Assembly: GCA_963770795.1 (NCBI GenBank) | Contig: CAVYQR010000002.1 | Coordinates: 56,943 to 120,942 of the forward strand | DNA: 64,000 nt | Direction of reading: 5' to 3' | Source: an uncultured Chloroflexia bacterium | GTDB taxonomy: Bacteria > Chloroflexota > Limnocylindria > Limnocylindrales > CSP1-4 | Notes under the pieces: model-generated | Seen by the model: only the letters and a program-made list of their open reading frames with translations | The model's database searches: none | What the model was told of the DNA's origin: nothing | In this document: positions 10,313 through 19,365 of the stretch, in pieces | Numbering within the stretch: position 1 is the stretch's first letter | How the letters are laid out: each line of letters opens with the position of its first letter | Translations under genes and position numbers: made by a program

Positions 10313-10350
10313 GGCGAACCCGGCCCGGCGCGCCAGCGCACCATAGAGCG

Positions 10351-12309
10351 CTACGGGACGGTGACCGTCTCCACGGCCAGGACGCCCCGGTCGTCCCCGA
10401 TCGCATCCAGCACGACGTGGTACGTGAGCCCCGACGCCAGGCATCCCACGCTCACGTTCCCGGCCGGCAACGCGCCGGAGGCCTCCAGGACGCCGTCGAG
10501 GGTCATCGTCCCGTCCGGGGTCACGCCCTCGACGGCCGGGAACGCGCGGATCGCCACCGACTCCGCGTCGATCCCCGCCAGCGCATAGGTCACCTCGACC
10601 CGGTGGCAGACGGCCGGCGGCAGGGGCGTGACTCCCAGGTCCAGGCAGAAGCCCATGCCGCCGTAATCCGCGGTCTCGAGGCACGACGCACCCCCGAGGT
10701 CTCCCAGCCGGATCATCGGTTGCGCGAAGGCGCCCTCGGCCAGGTGCAGGTACGGCGAGAGGCCGGTCCCCAGCTTGAACACCGGCGAGGCAGCCTGCGA
10801 CAGCGCCACGTCGAACTGCTCGACGCCGCTCCCCGTCGTGAACGAGCCGATCTCGCTCTCGCCCGCGAACAGCCCGCCACCCGCCACCGCCCGGAACTGG
10901 TATGCCGTGTCTGCCTTCACGTCCAGCCGGGCCAGCAGGACCGTCTTCCCGAACAGCGAGATCGACGACATCGACGACGCGGACCCTACGACCTGCGGGC
11001 CACCGCCAGCCTTCCAGAAGTGGACGTCTGCCGGGGCGGGCGGATCGACCGTGAAGCCGACCATCACCACGTTGGCCCGGTCGGAATCCACGAACAGGAT
11101 CTCGACGTCGGGGCCGACAGCCAAGCGGAGCGGAGGTATGGCGGCTCGCTCGAAGATGGCCTCCAGGCCGGTCGGGCACCCTGGCGGCCTGGGCGGGAAC
11201 AGGCAGAAATCGAAGACGGGCACCAGCTCAAACCCGCCGGAGCCGGCATCGGAGGCGGGCGGATCGGCCGCCGGCAGCGTGACAGTCAAGTCGCCGGGCT
11301 CGATCACCAGGATCGGCGCGTCGGGCGGGATGGCAGTGGACGGCGACTCGCCGGAGGCGGATGGGCCGGGCCCAGCGCCGGAACCCGAGCTGTCGCCCGG
11401 GCCCGACGGGATCGGCAGCACGTCCGGACCCACCACGTCGGGGGCTACGCCGCCGGGCGGGAACGCCCACATCGCCGCAACGCGGCCGCCACCGAAGGAA
11501 CCGGCAAACGCATCGATGACCGACGCCGGCCACCAGTCGCCCTCGTACCCGGACTGTGGACGGCCGAGCGGGTCGATGACGTAGTAGGCCTCCGGGATGC
11601 CGCGCTTGGCGTTGCCCGGGTAGTATCCGTCCAGGTAGATCGCGTGGCCGCCCGTGAAGTCCTTCTGGAGCCGCAGGGCGCGGGGAACCTTCGAGTAGTC
11701 GCCCTGGACCGCGGCGCCGTACCCGGCACCCAGCAGCGACTTGAGCTGGTCGGGGCGGATCAGGCCGCTCGGGTAGTGGATGCCGTACCCACGCCAGAGC
11801 GCGATCGAAAGGTCGCCGAGTCCCGTCCCGCCGTCCTGGTCGTCCTGGAGGGTGCGAAGCACCGATCCCGTGGTAACCACGCCGGAACCCAATCGGACCA
11901 GCATTGCCCCGGACGCGAGCGTGCAGTTGGCGCCCTGGAATGGGCCGCCGTCGAACTGGGTGATCGGGGCGATCCGCGGGAAGCCGGACGGGTTGACGAA
12001 GGTGACCGGCTCTCCGCCGAGCAGCGCGGCCGAGGCGGCCAGGAGGTCCTCCGGCGAGAGTGTTGCGAGCGGCTGCGGCTCGCCGCCCGGCTCCTCGTTG
12101 AAGGCGAGAACAGCCCCGGGCACGGCGGGCATATCCGGGCCCGCCGGGGTGTCAGCACCGGTCATGGAGAACTCGGGTGCAAGCCCGGCGGTGGACTCGG
12201 GCGTGCGGTCGGCCATGGCGGCCACGACGACCGAGGCGACGATGGCGCCGATCACGGCCGCCACGCCGAACACGAGGAGCCTTGGAATGAGGCGGGCGAG
12301 GAGGCTCAT
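10351..12309 (-). CDS. secreted/membrane-anchored hypothetical protein (652 aa), possible Cys-peptidase-like domain
   Basis: N-terminal TM/signal anchor; conserved Cys (GANCTLASGAMLV) and His (GGHAIYLDGYY) spaced like a papain-type dyad; no confident family assignment. Confidence 0.5.
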   Translation of the reverse strand: MSLLARLIPRLLVFGVAAVIGAIVASVVVAAMADRTPESTAGLAPEFSMTGADTPAGPDMPAVPGAVLAFNEEPGGEPQPLATLSPEDLLAASAALLGGEPVTFVNPSGFPRIAPITQFDGGPFQGANCTLASGAMLVRLGSGVVTTGSVLRTLQDDQDGGTGLGDLSIALWRGYGIHYPSGLIRPDQLKSLLGAGYGAAVQGDYSKVPRALRLQKDFTGGHAIYLDGYYPGNAKRGIPEAYYVIDPLGRPQSGYEGDWWPASVIDAFAGSFGGGRVAAMWAFPPGGVAPDVVGPDVLPIPSGPGDSSGSGAGPGPSASGESPSTAIPPDAPILVIEPGDLTVTLPAADPPASDAGSGGFELVPVFDFCLFPPRPPGCPTGLEAIFERAAIPPLRLAVGPDVEILFVDSDRANVVMVGFTVDPPAPADVHFWKAGGGPQVVGSASSMSSISLFGKTVLLARLDVKADTAYQFRAVAGGGLFAGESEIGSFTTGSGVEQFDVALSQAASPVFKLGTGLSPYLHLAEGAFAQPMIRLGDLGGASCLETADYGGMGFCLDLGVTPLPPAVCHRVEVTYALAGIDAESVAIRAFPAVEGVTPDGTMTLDGVLEASGALPAGNVSVGCLASGLTYHVVLDAIGDDRGVLAVETVTVP

Positions 12310-12345
12310 GTGATGCAGGTCGTGGTGCCAAGCAGGGCGCTCATG

Positions 12346-13905
12346 TCATCGGCAGGCCATGGTGTACGTGCCAGTTGAGCTCGTCGTGGTCCCGCTGTAC
12401 TTGTCCGAAGTCACGGCGTAGACCGTCAGCCTGCCGGAGTAGAACACGCTTCCATCGAACGGCGCGGTCGTGCCCTGGTAGTAGTTGCCCTTGGTGACAT
12501 TCGCCGTCATCTTGCCGGAGATTGGGCCGGCGCTGGTCCTGGGGTTGGAGAGCGTCCAGTGGAAGACCACCGTGAGGCCATGCTCGGGCTGGTCGCGGTC
12601 CTGCGTCCAGGCTTCGATCGTGATGACAGCCGACGGGGTGCACGAGTAGATCGTGCCCGCGGGGCGGACCACCTCGAAGGCGGCCTCCGAGTCGCAGCGT
12701 CGGATGGTGATGGAGGAGGTCTTCGTCTGTCTCGCCTTGTCCTTGGTGTCGATCGCCTTGATGTACCAGCTCAGCGCGTCCGTCGGCGGCGTCGCGATCG
12801 TGATCTTGTCGCCGAGCGTGTCGAGGTTCGCGTACCACTTCCCGGCCGTCGTGTTGTCCATCGGCTTGGATGACCAAGTCGACGTGCCCGGAGGGCGGTA
12901 GAACAGCGTGACCGACTTGACGCCGTCGGTGTCCTTGACGGCGGCCGTGATGTTCGTGGCTGTCGTGCACGACCCGACACCCAGCGGATCCCACCACAGT
13001 GACGATCCAGAGGAGGACGACACCGACGTGATCGTCGGGCCGGTGTTGGCGCAGACCGCGACCGTGATCGAGTTTGAGCCGCTGGTCGGGATCCGCTTGG
13101 TGGCGCCCGCCGTGTCGGTGGCGACGGCGTAGAAGGCAAGCTTGCCGGCCTTGGTGATCTCGTCCGCCTTCGTGTCGAGCGTCACCTGCCAGGTCCCGCT
13201 CGTCGCCGTGCCGGCGGCCAGGCTCATCGCCGCCTGCACAAACTTCGCGGCCCCGGGCTCGCGCCAGAGCAGCGTGACGGTCTCGAGGCCCGAGGCGTCC
13301 GTCGCCTTGACCTTGAACGTCACCTTCTTGACGGCGTTCGGGCAGTAGGCGTCCGTGTCGTAGCTGATCTTCTTGGTCGAAACCGTCAGCGCGCTGAGCG
13401 ACGGCTTCGCATTGGGCGTCGGGCTCGGCGTCGGCGTGGGCGTCGGCTCCGGCGTGGGGGCCGGCGACGGCGAGAGGTTCAGGATCGCCGTCAGCGGTAC
13501 GGCGGGCGGCACGTCCGGCGGCCCGGCCGCAACCACCGCGGCGCAGGTTGCGATCGGCAGCGAGACCACCTCGCCCTTGACCGACAGCGGAGACGCCTGG
13601 ACCCAGGCCTCCGTCCGCCCAGGCAGCGGGTAGTGGATCCGGAGCCACGTCCCGTCCTCGGTCCGCCCGGTGGCCAGGAGCTTCTGGCCGCCCGTGATGG
13701 TCAGCAGCGCAGGTCCCTGGTCCGGACAGGGGTAGACGGCGAGCTCCCCCGAGGTGGTGGCCGGCTGGCCGGATGAACCACCCGATGCGATGACCGCCCC
13801 GCCCAGCCCGCCGACGACCAGGCCGCTCGCGACCACGACGGCCGCCGCCTGAGGGCCACCGAGGTTCGCCACACCGCGCATGAGGGCCGCGCCGATCGCG
13901 CTCAC
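12346..13905 (-). CDS. secreted protein with Pro/Thr linker and repeated Ig-like beta-sandwich modules (519 aa)
   Basis: N-terminal hydrophobic segment, a PTPEPTPTPTPSPTP linker, and repeated modules of about 100 aa rich in Thr/Lys; GC is locally lower than background. Confidence 0.55.
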   Translation of the reverse strand: MSAIGAALMRGVANLGGPQAAAVVVASGLVVGGLGGAVIASGGSSGQPATTSGELAVYPCPDQGPALLTITGGQKLLATGRTEDGTWLRIHYPLPGRTEAWVQASPLSVKGEVVSLPIATCAAVVAAGPPDVPPAVPLTAILNLSPSPAPTPEPTPTPTPSPTPNAKPSLSALTVSTKKISYDTDAYCPNAVKKVTFKVKATDASGLETVTLLWREPGAAKFVQAAMSLAAGTATSGTWQVTLDTKADEITKAGKLAFYAVATDTAGATKRIPTSGSNSITVAVCANTGPTITSVSSSSGSSLWWDPLGVGSCTTATNITAAVKDTDGVKSVTLFYRPPGTSTWSSKPMDNTTAGKWYANLDTLGDKITIATPPTDALSWYIKAIDTKDKARQTKTSSITIRRCDSEAAFEVVRPAGTIYSCTPSAVITIEAWTQDRDQPEHGLTVVFHWTLSNPRTSAGPISGKMTANVTKGNYYQGTTAPFDGSVFYSGRLTVYAVTSDKYSGTTTSSTGTYTMACR

Positions 13906-13977
13906 GTTCCCTTCTCCCGAACGGGACGTCCTGTCTGCTCTACGCCGGCGGAAGATAGCGGGCCTGACACGAGCCGG

Positions 13978-15135
13978 TCATCCGCCAATTGTCCCTATTA
14001 CGCTGATCTCGCTGATGGCCGCGTCATCGAACGGAGTTCCCGCGACCGATGTCTTGACCGACCGATAGACGGAGACGATCGTGATCCTGAGCCGGGTTGC
14101 GCCGGGGTTCTCGCCCAGGCTGATCCGCTGGGCCTTCGCGGTGTCCTTGAGCGTAACCGCGATCGCCTCGCCGCCGTTGACGGAGATCTGGACCTTCTTG
14201 GGCCGGAGGTTGCCCTTGTAGAGCGCGGTCGAGGCACCGTAGCCGTTGTTGATCACGACGGCCTCGACGCGGGCGGTGTCGAACGACACCTCGATCCATT
14301 GGCCCTTCTCGGTCCTGGCGCCCTCCTGCCAGCACGTCTTGACGTCCCCGTCGATGGCCTTGTCCGGCTGGAACTTCGCCCGGTCGCCCACGACGGAGGA
14401 CGCGGCCGCGCCCGTCAACACCAGCGCGGCCCCTTCGACCTTCGCCGACGGCGCGCCGGTGGACGGCTCCGCGGACGTGACGGGGGTGTCGGTGGACTCA
14501 GGCCCGGACGACGAGCCGGCGCTCGCGGCGGGGCTGGGCGCCTCGGACGCCCCGGTGGCGGGTCCGGGACTCTTGAGCAGCACGCTGGCGGCCACGACCA
14601 GGGCCCCGGCCACGAGCCCCAGCAGCACCATCACGATCAACCAGCCGGCGATCCCCCGCGAGCTGCCTCCCTCGGGCTCCGTGCGTGCCGCAGTGACGCC
14701 CGCCACCGGCACCGCCCTTGGCTTCGCCTTGGCGGCGACCGCAGCAGCGATCTGCTCCTTCGATACCTCCGTCACGCGGGCGGCTTCCGCGAGACGCGCG
14801 CCACAGGACTGGCAGAACGTGCGGGTCCCGGCGTTCGCGATACCGCACGCGGGACACCGGAGCAGGGGTCCGGTCTCGACCACCGGGGGGACGGCCGGGG
14901 TTTCGGCGGGAGTGACGAGCGCGGAGAGCCCCTCGTCGTCGCCTGGCGGGCGGATGCGCGCGCCTGTGGGGGCGGCAGGCGTGGCCGTGACATCGACGGG
15001 CAGTGCGACGGCATCGATGACTTCGGCAGCTTCACCCTCCCACTCCAGGAAGACTCCGCACGAGCCGCAGAACTGGTCGCTGCCCTCGTTCGCGAAGCCG
15101 CACCGGCGGCAGGTCAGACCGGCCCCGTCGGTCAT
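13978..15135 (-). CDS. double zinc-ribbon / TM / discoidin-like membrane protein (paralogue of 41254..43506)
   Basis: CRRCG...FCGSCGVFLEW and CPACG...FCQSCG ribbons, a TM helix (IAGWLIVMVLLGLVAGALVVAA), and a C-terminal DGDVKTCW...ISEISVIG domain alignable to the C-terminus of the 750-aa protein. Confidence 0.7.
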   Translation of the reverse strand: MTDGAGLTCRRCGFANEGSDQFCGSCGVFLEWEGEAAEVIDAVALPVDVTATPAAPTGARIRPPGDDEGLSALVTPAETPAVPPVVETGPLLRCPACGIANAGTRTFCQSCGARLAEAARVTEVSKEQIAAAVAAKAKPRAVPVAGVTAARTEPEGGSSRGIAGWLIVMVLLGLVAGALVVAASVLLKSPGPATGASEAPSPAASAGSSSGPESTDTPVTSAEPSTGAPSAKVEGAALVLTGAAASSVVGDRAKFQPDKAIDGDVKTCWQEGARTEKGQWIEVSFDTARVEAVVINNGYGASTALYKGNLRPKKVQISVNGGEAIAVTLKDTAKAQRISLGENPGATRLRITIVSVYRSVKTSVAGTPFDDAAISEISVIGTIGG

Positions 15136-15142
15136 GTCTGCC

Positions 15143-17275
15143 TCATCCCCGGATCATCAGGACGAGCGGAAGGTCAAGAAGGCTCCGCAGCATATCGAAG
15201 CTGGGCGGGGCCATCGACGATTCCGTCACCAACAGTGGCGCCGCGATGGGCGGGAAGGGCGGCCCGCTTGCCGGCTCGGCGAGGAGGTCACGCATGCCGA
15301 GCAGGTCGTTGTGGAAGACCAGGACCTGCCGGCTGAACGCGCCCTGCTCATCGGCCGTGACCACCGGCAGGTCCTCCGTGATCCCGCGGCTCCAGCGCAG
15401 CCGGACCTGTGCCCCGGGCGGGAAGCCGCGCCCCGTGGCGATGACCACCAGCCCGGGCCGCGCCACCTCCGGGCTCAGCTCCAGGAGGGCGAGCGAGCCA
15501 CCCCCGGTGAGGCGCGCCGTGCGCGGTGAGCCCGTGTAGTTGTCGGCCACCTCGAGGGTAGCGGCCCTGGCGCCCGGCTCCTTGGGCGTGAACACGATGG
15601 TGATCGTGCACGCCTCGGCACGGTACAGGATCCTCTTCGCGCAGCCGTCCGACGCAATGGAGTAGTCGCCCTTCGCGGAACCTGCGAGGGTCGCCCCGGA
15701 GACCGATAGCGCGCCCCAGCCGGAGTTCGTGAGGACGGCGGCGCCCGGCACCGGGCTCGTCCCAAGCGCGCCCGTGCCGAACTCCACGACCGCGGGGTTG
15801 AGCATGGGCACTGGCGGGAGGTCCCGGATGAACACGTCCACTTGCTTGTTCCCGTCACCGGCGACAAGCGTCGGCGCGTCCGAGAAGAAGGCGATGTAGC
15901 GCCCGTTACCGGCGACAACGGAGCCCTGGCTCCTCGCCCCCGACGGTCCGCCGGCCGTGTCCACGGACACCATCGCTGTCTCGCCCGCGGTCATGTCTCG
16001 GATGTATATCTCGGAGGTCCGGAGCGCGACGGCCGCATAGCGGACCGCCGGGGTGGCACCCAGGGAGGCGGTGCCCACCAGATCCTTCGCCAGCGCGGAG
16101 AACGCGACCATCCGGCCATCACGCGAGATCGAGGCCTGGCCGCTCCCGCTCGCGGGTGCGGCGCCCGACGCATCCATGGAGACGAGCGCCGTCAGGCCGG
16201 TTTGCCGGTCGCGGCGGTAGACCTGCCACGGGCCCGGCGCGAAGGCCACATCGACGAGGTTGCCGGCCGTCGACTCGAACGCGACGTACCGGCCGTCGGC
16301 GGAGATCGCTGGCGCCTCCGAGGGACCGTTGGCGGGCGCCCCTCGGGTCCCGGAGTCGAGTCCGCTGCTGATCCGCTCGGTCGTGCTGGCGGTGATGTCA
16401 CGCAGGTAGACCTGGTCACCGGCGCCCGTGTCCTCGTTCACCAGGCTGGAACCGGCATCGGAGGTGAAGGCCACCTTGGTGCCGTCGGAGGAGATCGACG
16501 GCTGGCGGCTCGTACCCGACGGGGTTCCACCCTCGAACCCTGCGCTGACCAGGATCGAGGTGCCGCTGTTGCGGTCGAAACGGAAGACATCGGCCAACCG
16601 GTTGCCGTCGTTCGCGACGATCTCGGCGTCTTCCGACGTGTACGCGACGTACCGACCGTCGGCCGAGACAGACGGCTCCCGGCTCCAGGTCGCCGTTCGC
16701 CTGCCCTGGCGCGAGGCAATCTCGGTCTGGCCCGTATCCCGATCCCACACCAGGACCACGGACCGGGCGACGGCAACGCTGGATGGAGCGAGGTAGGTGA
16801 AGGCGACCACCTTGCCGTCCGCGGAGACGGCGGGTTCGGCCACCAGGCCGCTGGGCGGCACCTGCGCCCCTCCTGGGAGCGGCAGCCGCAGCGTGGTGCC
16901 CTTGGACCGGTCCCGGACGAAGACGTCCACCGCCCCGTTCGTGTCGCCGGCGACGAGGTCGGCGGCCCCCGACACGAACGCCACGTACCGCCCGTTGCTG
17001 CTGATGGACGGCGAGCTCGAGCCGCCACCCGCGAACCCGCCGCCGAACCTCTGCGAGACGAGCGTGGTCTTGCCCGGCGGCTGTGGCAGGGCCGCCTTGA
17101 CCGGTGCCTGGCTGGGCGCGAATGGGCCGGCCGCACCGGCAGCGGGACCGGCCGCGGATCCCGTGGCCAGGAGCGCCAGGACCAGGCCGGCGGCCCCGAC
17201 CCTCGGGCCTGCGCGCCTCAGGGCCGCAGGTATCCGGAGTAGAAGACGGCGGGGGTGCACGGGCTGCTCGTGCAT
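15143..17275 (-). CDS. secreted PD40/TolB-like beta-propeller repeat protein (710 aa)
   Basis: More than 8 repeats of S.SADGRYVAF.S.A.LV..D.N...DVF.RD. N-terminal signal-like segment; the start may be the internal GTG near 17197, which would avoid overlap with the upstream gene. Confidence 0.7.
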   Translation of the reverse strand: MHEQPVHPRRLLLRIPAALRRAGPRVGAAGLVLALLATGSAAGPAAGAAGPFAPSQAPVKAALPQPPGKTTLVSQRFGGGFAGGGSSSPSISSNGRYVAFVSGAADLVAGDTNGAVDVFVRDRSKGTTLRLPLPGGAQVPPSGLVAEPAVSADGKVVAFTYLAPSSVAVARSVVLVWDRDTGQTEIASRQGRRTATWSREPSVSADGRYVAYTSEDAEIVANDGNRLADVFRFDRNSGTSILVSAGFEGGTPSGTSRQPSISSDGTKVAFTSDAGSSLVNEDTGAGDQVYLRDITASTTERISSGLDSGTRGAPANGPSEAPAISADGRYVAFESTAGNLVDVAFAPGPWQVYRRDRQTGLTALVSMDASGAAPASGSGQASISRDGRMVAFSALAKDLVGTASLGATPAVRYAAVALRTSEIYIRDMTAGETAMVSVDTAGGPSGARSQGSVVAGNGRYIAFFSDAPTLVAGDGNKQVDVFIRDLPPVPMLNPAVVEFGTGALGTSPVPGAAVLTNSGWGALSVSGATLAGSAKGDYSIASDGCAKRILYRAEACTITIVFTPKEPGARAATLEVADNYTGSPRTARLTGGGSLALLELSPEVARPGLVVIATGRGFPPGAQVRLRWSRGITEDLPVVTADEQGAFSRQVLVFHNDLLGMRDLLAEPASGPPFPPIAAPLLVTESSMAPPSFDMLRSLLDLPLVLMIRG

Positions 17276-18483
17276 GACAGCGAGAGGTTGAGGCTCTGGC
17301 CGTCCTGGAGCACGATCGGCGTCACGAAATGGAGGTCGTAGTCGCGGAAGTTCTCGAGGTTCAGCTGGATCAGCGGCGTGGTGTCACGCAGCACGACCAC
17401 CGCGCCCTTGGTCGCGTTCGGGTTCGAGAACACCAGGTCCGTGATGAACAGGGTGCCCGCGACCGGCACGGTGGTGTGCGTCTCATCCAGCTGACCATCC
17501 ACAGGGTTGCCGAGGCCCGGGATCAGGACACCCGGCGTGGGCGGTGCGGTGGGCGGCGGTTCGGGCGTCGCGACCTCCCCGGGCGCGAGCGTGGGCGCGA
17601 GGGTGGGCTCTGGAGTTGGTGGAGGCGCGGCGGCGCCGCCAGCTGCCGGCATGGTGGGAAGGCCGGCGTTGCCGAGCGCCGCGTTGACGTCGTCCCGGAG
17701 CGAGGCGATGGGTGACGCGACGGCCTCGCCGACGGCGGTCTCGATCGTCGGCCGCAAGACGAATGCCCAAAGGACCACGGCAGCGATGACCGCAATCAGC
17801 ACCGCCGCCACGAGACGCCCGAACCACGGCGGAAGCACCGCCTCCTGGAGCATGGTGCCGTCGAGGGTCAGCGGCAGCCGGCCCTCCGGCGTGACGAGGA
17901 CCTGGAACGATCGCGCCTTCGGCTGGCCCCGCCAGAACCGCTTCGCCGGCCTGACCCGGATCTTGGCGAACCCGGCCATCCCGGGATCGACCACCACGCC
18001 CGGCGGCTTGATGTCAAAGGCGAGCAGGAGATCGGGATCAGCTCCGTCAACCTGGGCATTGAGGCGCACGTTGCCCCGGTTGTCGAGCGCTAGCTCGTGG
18101 TCGCCGCCCCGCGAGCCCCGTGACGTGCGCGGGACCAGGTCGGCGTACGGCTCGACGAACGCGCCGACCTCGATCGACCCCTCCTCGACGGTCGAGCCCG
18201 CCGGGTCCTCTCGGGAGCGGGCCCGCAGCCCGAAGGTCGTGGTTCCGGCGGGAGTGGTGGCGGCGCGCGGTGGTCGAAAGACGATCCGGGAGGCACTCTC
18301 GGCACCAGGGAAGAGCGAGATCGTCGGCGGGTCGATGGTCGCCCAGACCGCAGCATCACCGACCACGTCGAGCGTGAACTCGTCGACCACGGTGCCGGTG
18401 TTGCGTACGCGGAACTCGACGCCGGCCTCGGCGCCGGGTTCGACCGCGACGGAAGACGTAAGGAGCGTGACGGATGCGCCCAC
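17218..18483 (-). CDS. membrane protein with two N-terminal beta-sandwich-like domains, a TM helix and a Pro-rich extracytoplasmic tail (421 aa)
   Basis: Hydropathy shows a single TM (LVAAVLIAVIAAVVLWAFVL); PTPEPTLAPTLAP linker. Confidence 0.5.
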   Translation of the reverse strand: MGASVTLLTSSVAVEPGAEAGVEFRVRNTGTVVDEFTLDVVGDAAVWATIDPPTISLFPGAESASRIVFRPPRAATTPAGTTTFGLRARSREDPAGSTVEEGSIEVGAFVEPYADLVPRTSRGSRGGDHELALDNRGNVRLNAQVDGADPDLLLAFDIKPPGVVVDPGMAGFAKIRVRPAKRFWRGQPKARSFQVLVTPEGRLPLTLDGTMLQEAVLPPWFGRLVAAVLIAVIAAVVLWAFVLRPTIETAVGEAVASPIASLRDDVNAALGNAGLPTMPAAGGAAAPPPTPEPTLAPTLAPGEVATPEPPPTAPPTPGVLIPGLGNPVDGQLDETHTTVPVAGTLFITDLVFSNPNATKGAVVVLRDTTPLIQLNLENFRDYDLHFVTPIVLQDGQSLNLSLSCTSSPCTPAVFYSGYLRP

Positions 18484-18676
18484 GGGCGGAGTCTAGCGGT
18501 CATGGAGAGGACCGATAGGGCCGACTGGCCGGCCCGTCGGTGCCGCATATCCCCGTCCGCTGCTGCCCGTTGAGCCCACGTTGCGCGCACGTAAAGGGTC
18601 GTGCCCCATGATCCGGGCAGGATTTGTGGCGGCTCGAACGTCCCTCAGCCGCCGAGCTGGTGGAGGGTCCGCATCG

Positions 18677-19324
18677 ATGGTCGCCGAACCGATCCCCCTC
18701 AATGCCGCGGTTCCCGTGATGGTCGTTGCGGCGGATCCGTTGTCGCGCGCTGGCATCGTCAGCCAACTTCGCACGGGGCGCGGGTTCACCATCGTGTCGG
18801 AGGATGACCCGTCGCCGGATGCCGTCGCGCTCGTCGTCGCCGACGAGGTGGATCCGGCAACGGCCGCGGAGATCCGGGGGCTGCGCGGCCGCGGGGTGGG
18901 GCGCGTCATCGCGCTCGTCGCGCGGGTGGACGACAAGAGCCTGATCGTCGCCGCCGAGGCGGGGGTCACCGGAGTAGTCCGCCGCTCGGAAGCGACAGCG
19001 AGCAACCTGACGGCGGCCATCAGGGCGGCGGCGGCCGGCGAGGGCACGCTCCCGCCCGACCTGCTCGGCCGACTCCTGCGTCAGGTCGGCCACCTCCAGC
19101 GCCAGGTGCTGTCGCCGCGAGGGCTGACGTTCGCTGGCCTCACGGAGCGTGAGCTTGAAGTGCTCCGCCTCCTGGCCGACGGCATGGACACGGCCGAGGT
19201 GGGCCAGCGGCTGTTCTACAGCGATCGGACGGTCAAGAACATCATCCACGACGTGACGTCGCGGCTGGAGCTGCGCAACCGGACGCACGCGGTGGCGTAC
19301 GCGATCCGCGAGGGACTCATCTAG
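18677..19324 (+). CDS. LuxR/NarL-family transcriptional regulator
   Basis: C-terminal GerE/LuxR HTH (LTEREEVLRLLADGMDTAEVGQRLFYSDRTVKNIIHDV) and an N-terminal receiver-like domain; start assumed at MVAEPIP. Confidence 0.75.
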   Translation: MVAEPIPLNAAVPVMVVAADPLSRAGIVSQLRTGRGFTIVSEDDPSPDAVALVVADEVDPATAAEIRGLRGRGVGRVIALVARVDDKSLIVAAEAGVTGVVRRSEATASNLTAAIRAAAAGEGTLPPDLLGRLLRQVGHLQRQVLSPRGLTFAGLTERELEVLRLLADGMDTAEVGQRLFYSDRTVKNIIHDVTSRLELRNRTHAVAYAIREGLI

Positions 19325-19365
19325 CCTGTCCCCGCCGGCACGCGACGTCGACGGATGGCCGCCGC

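Noticed and set aside
10417-12378. 653-aa + strand ORF
   Set aside because: Antisense shadow of the 652-aa secreted-protein gene; Arg/Gly/Asp-rich low complexity.
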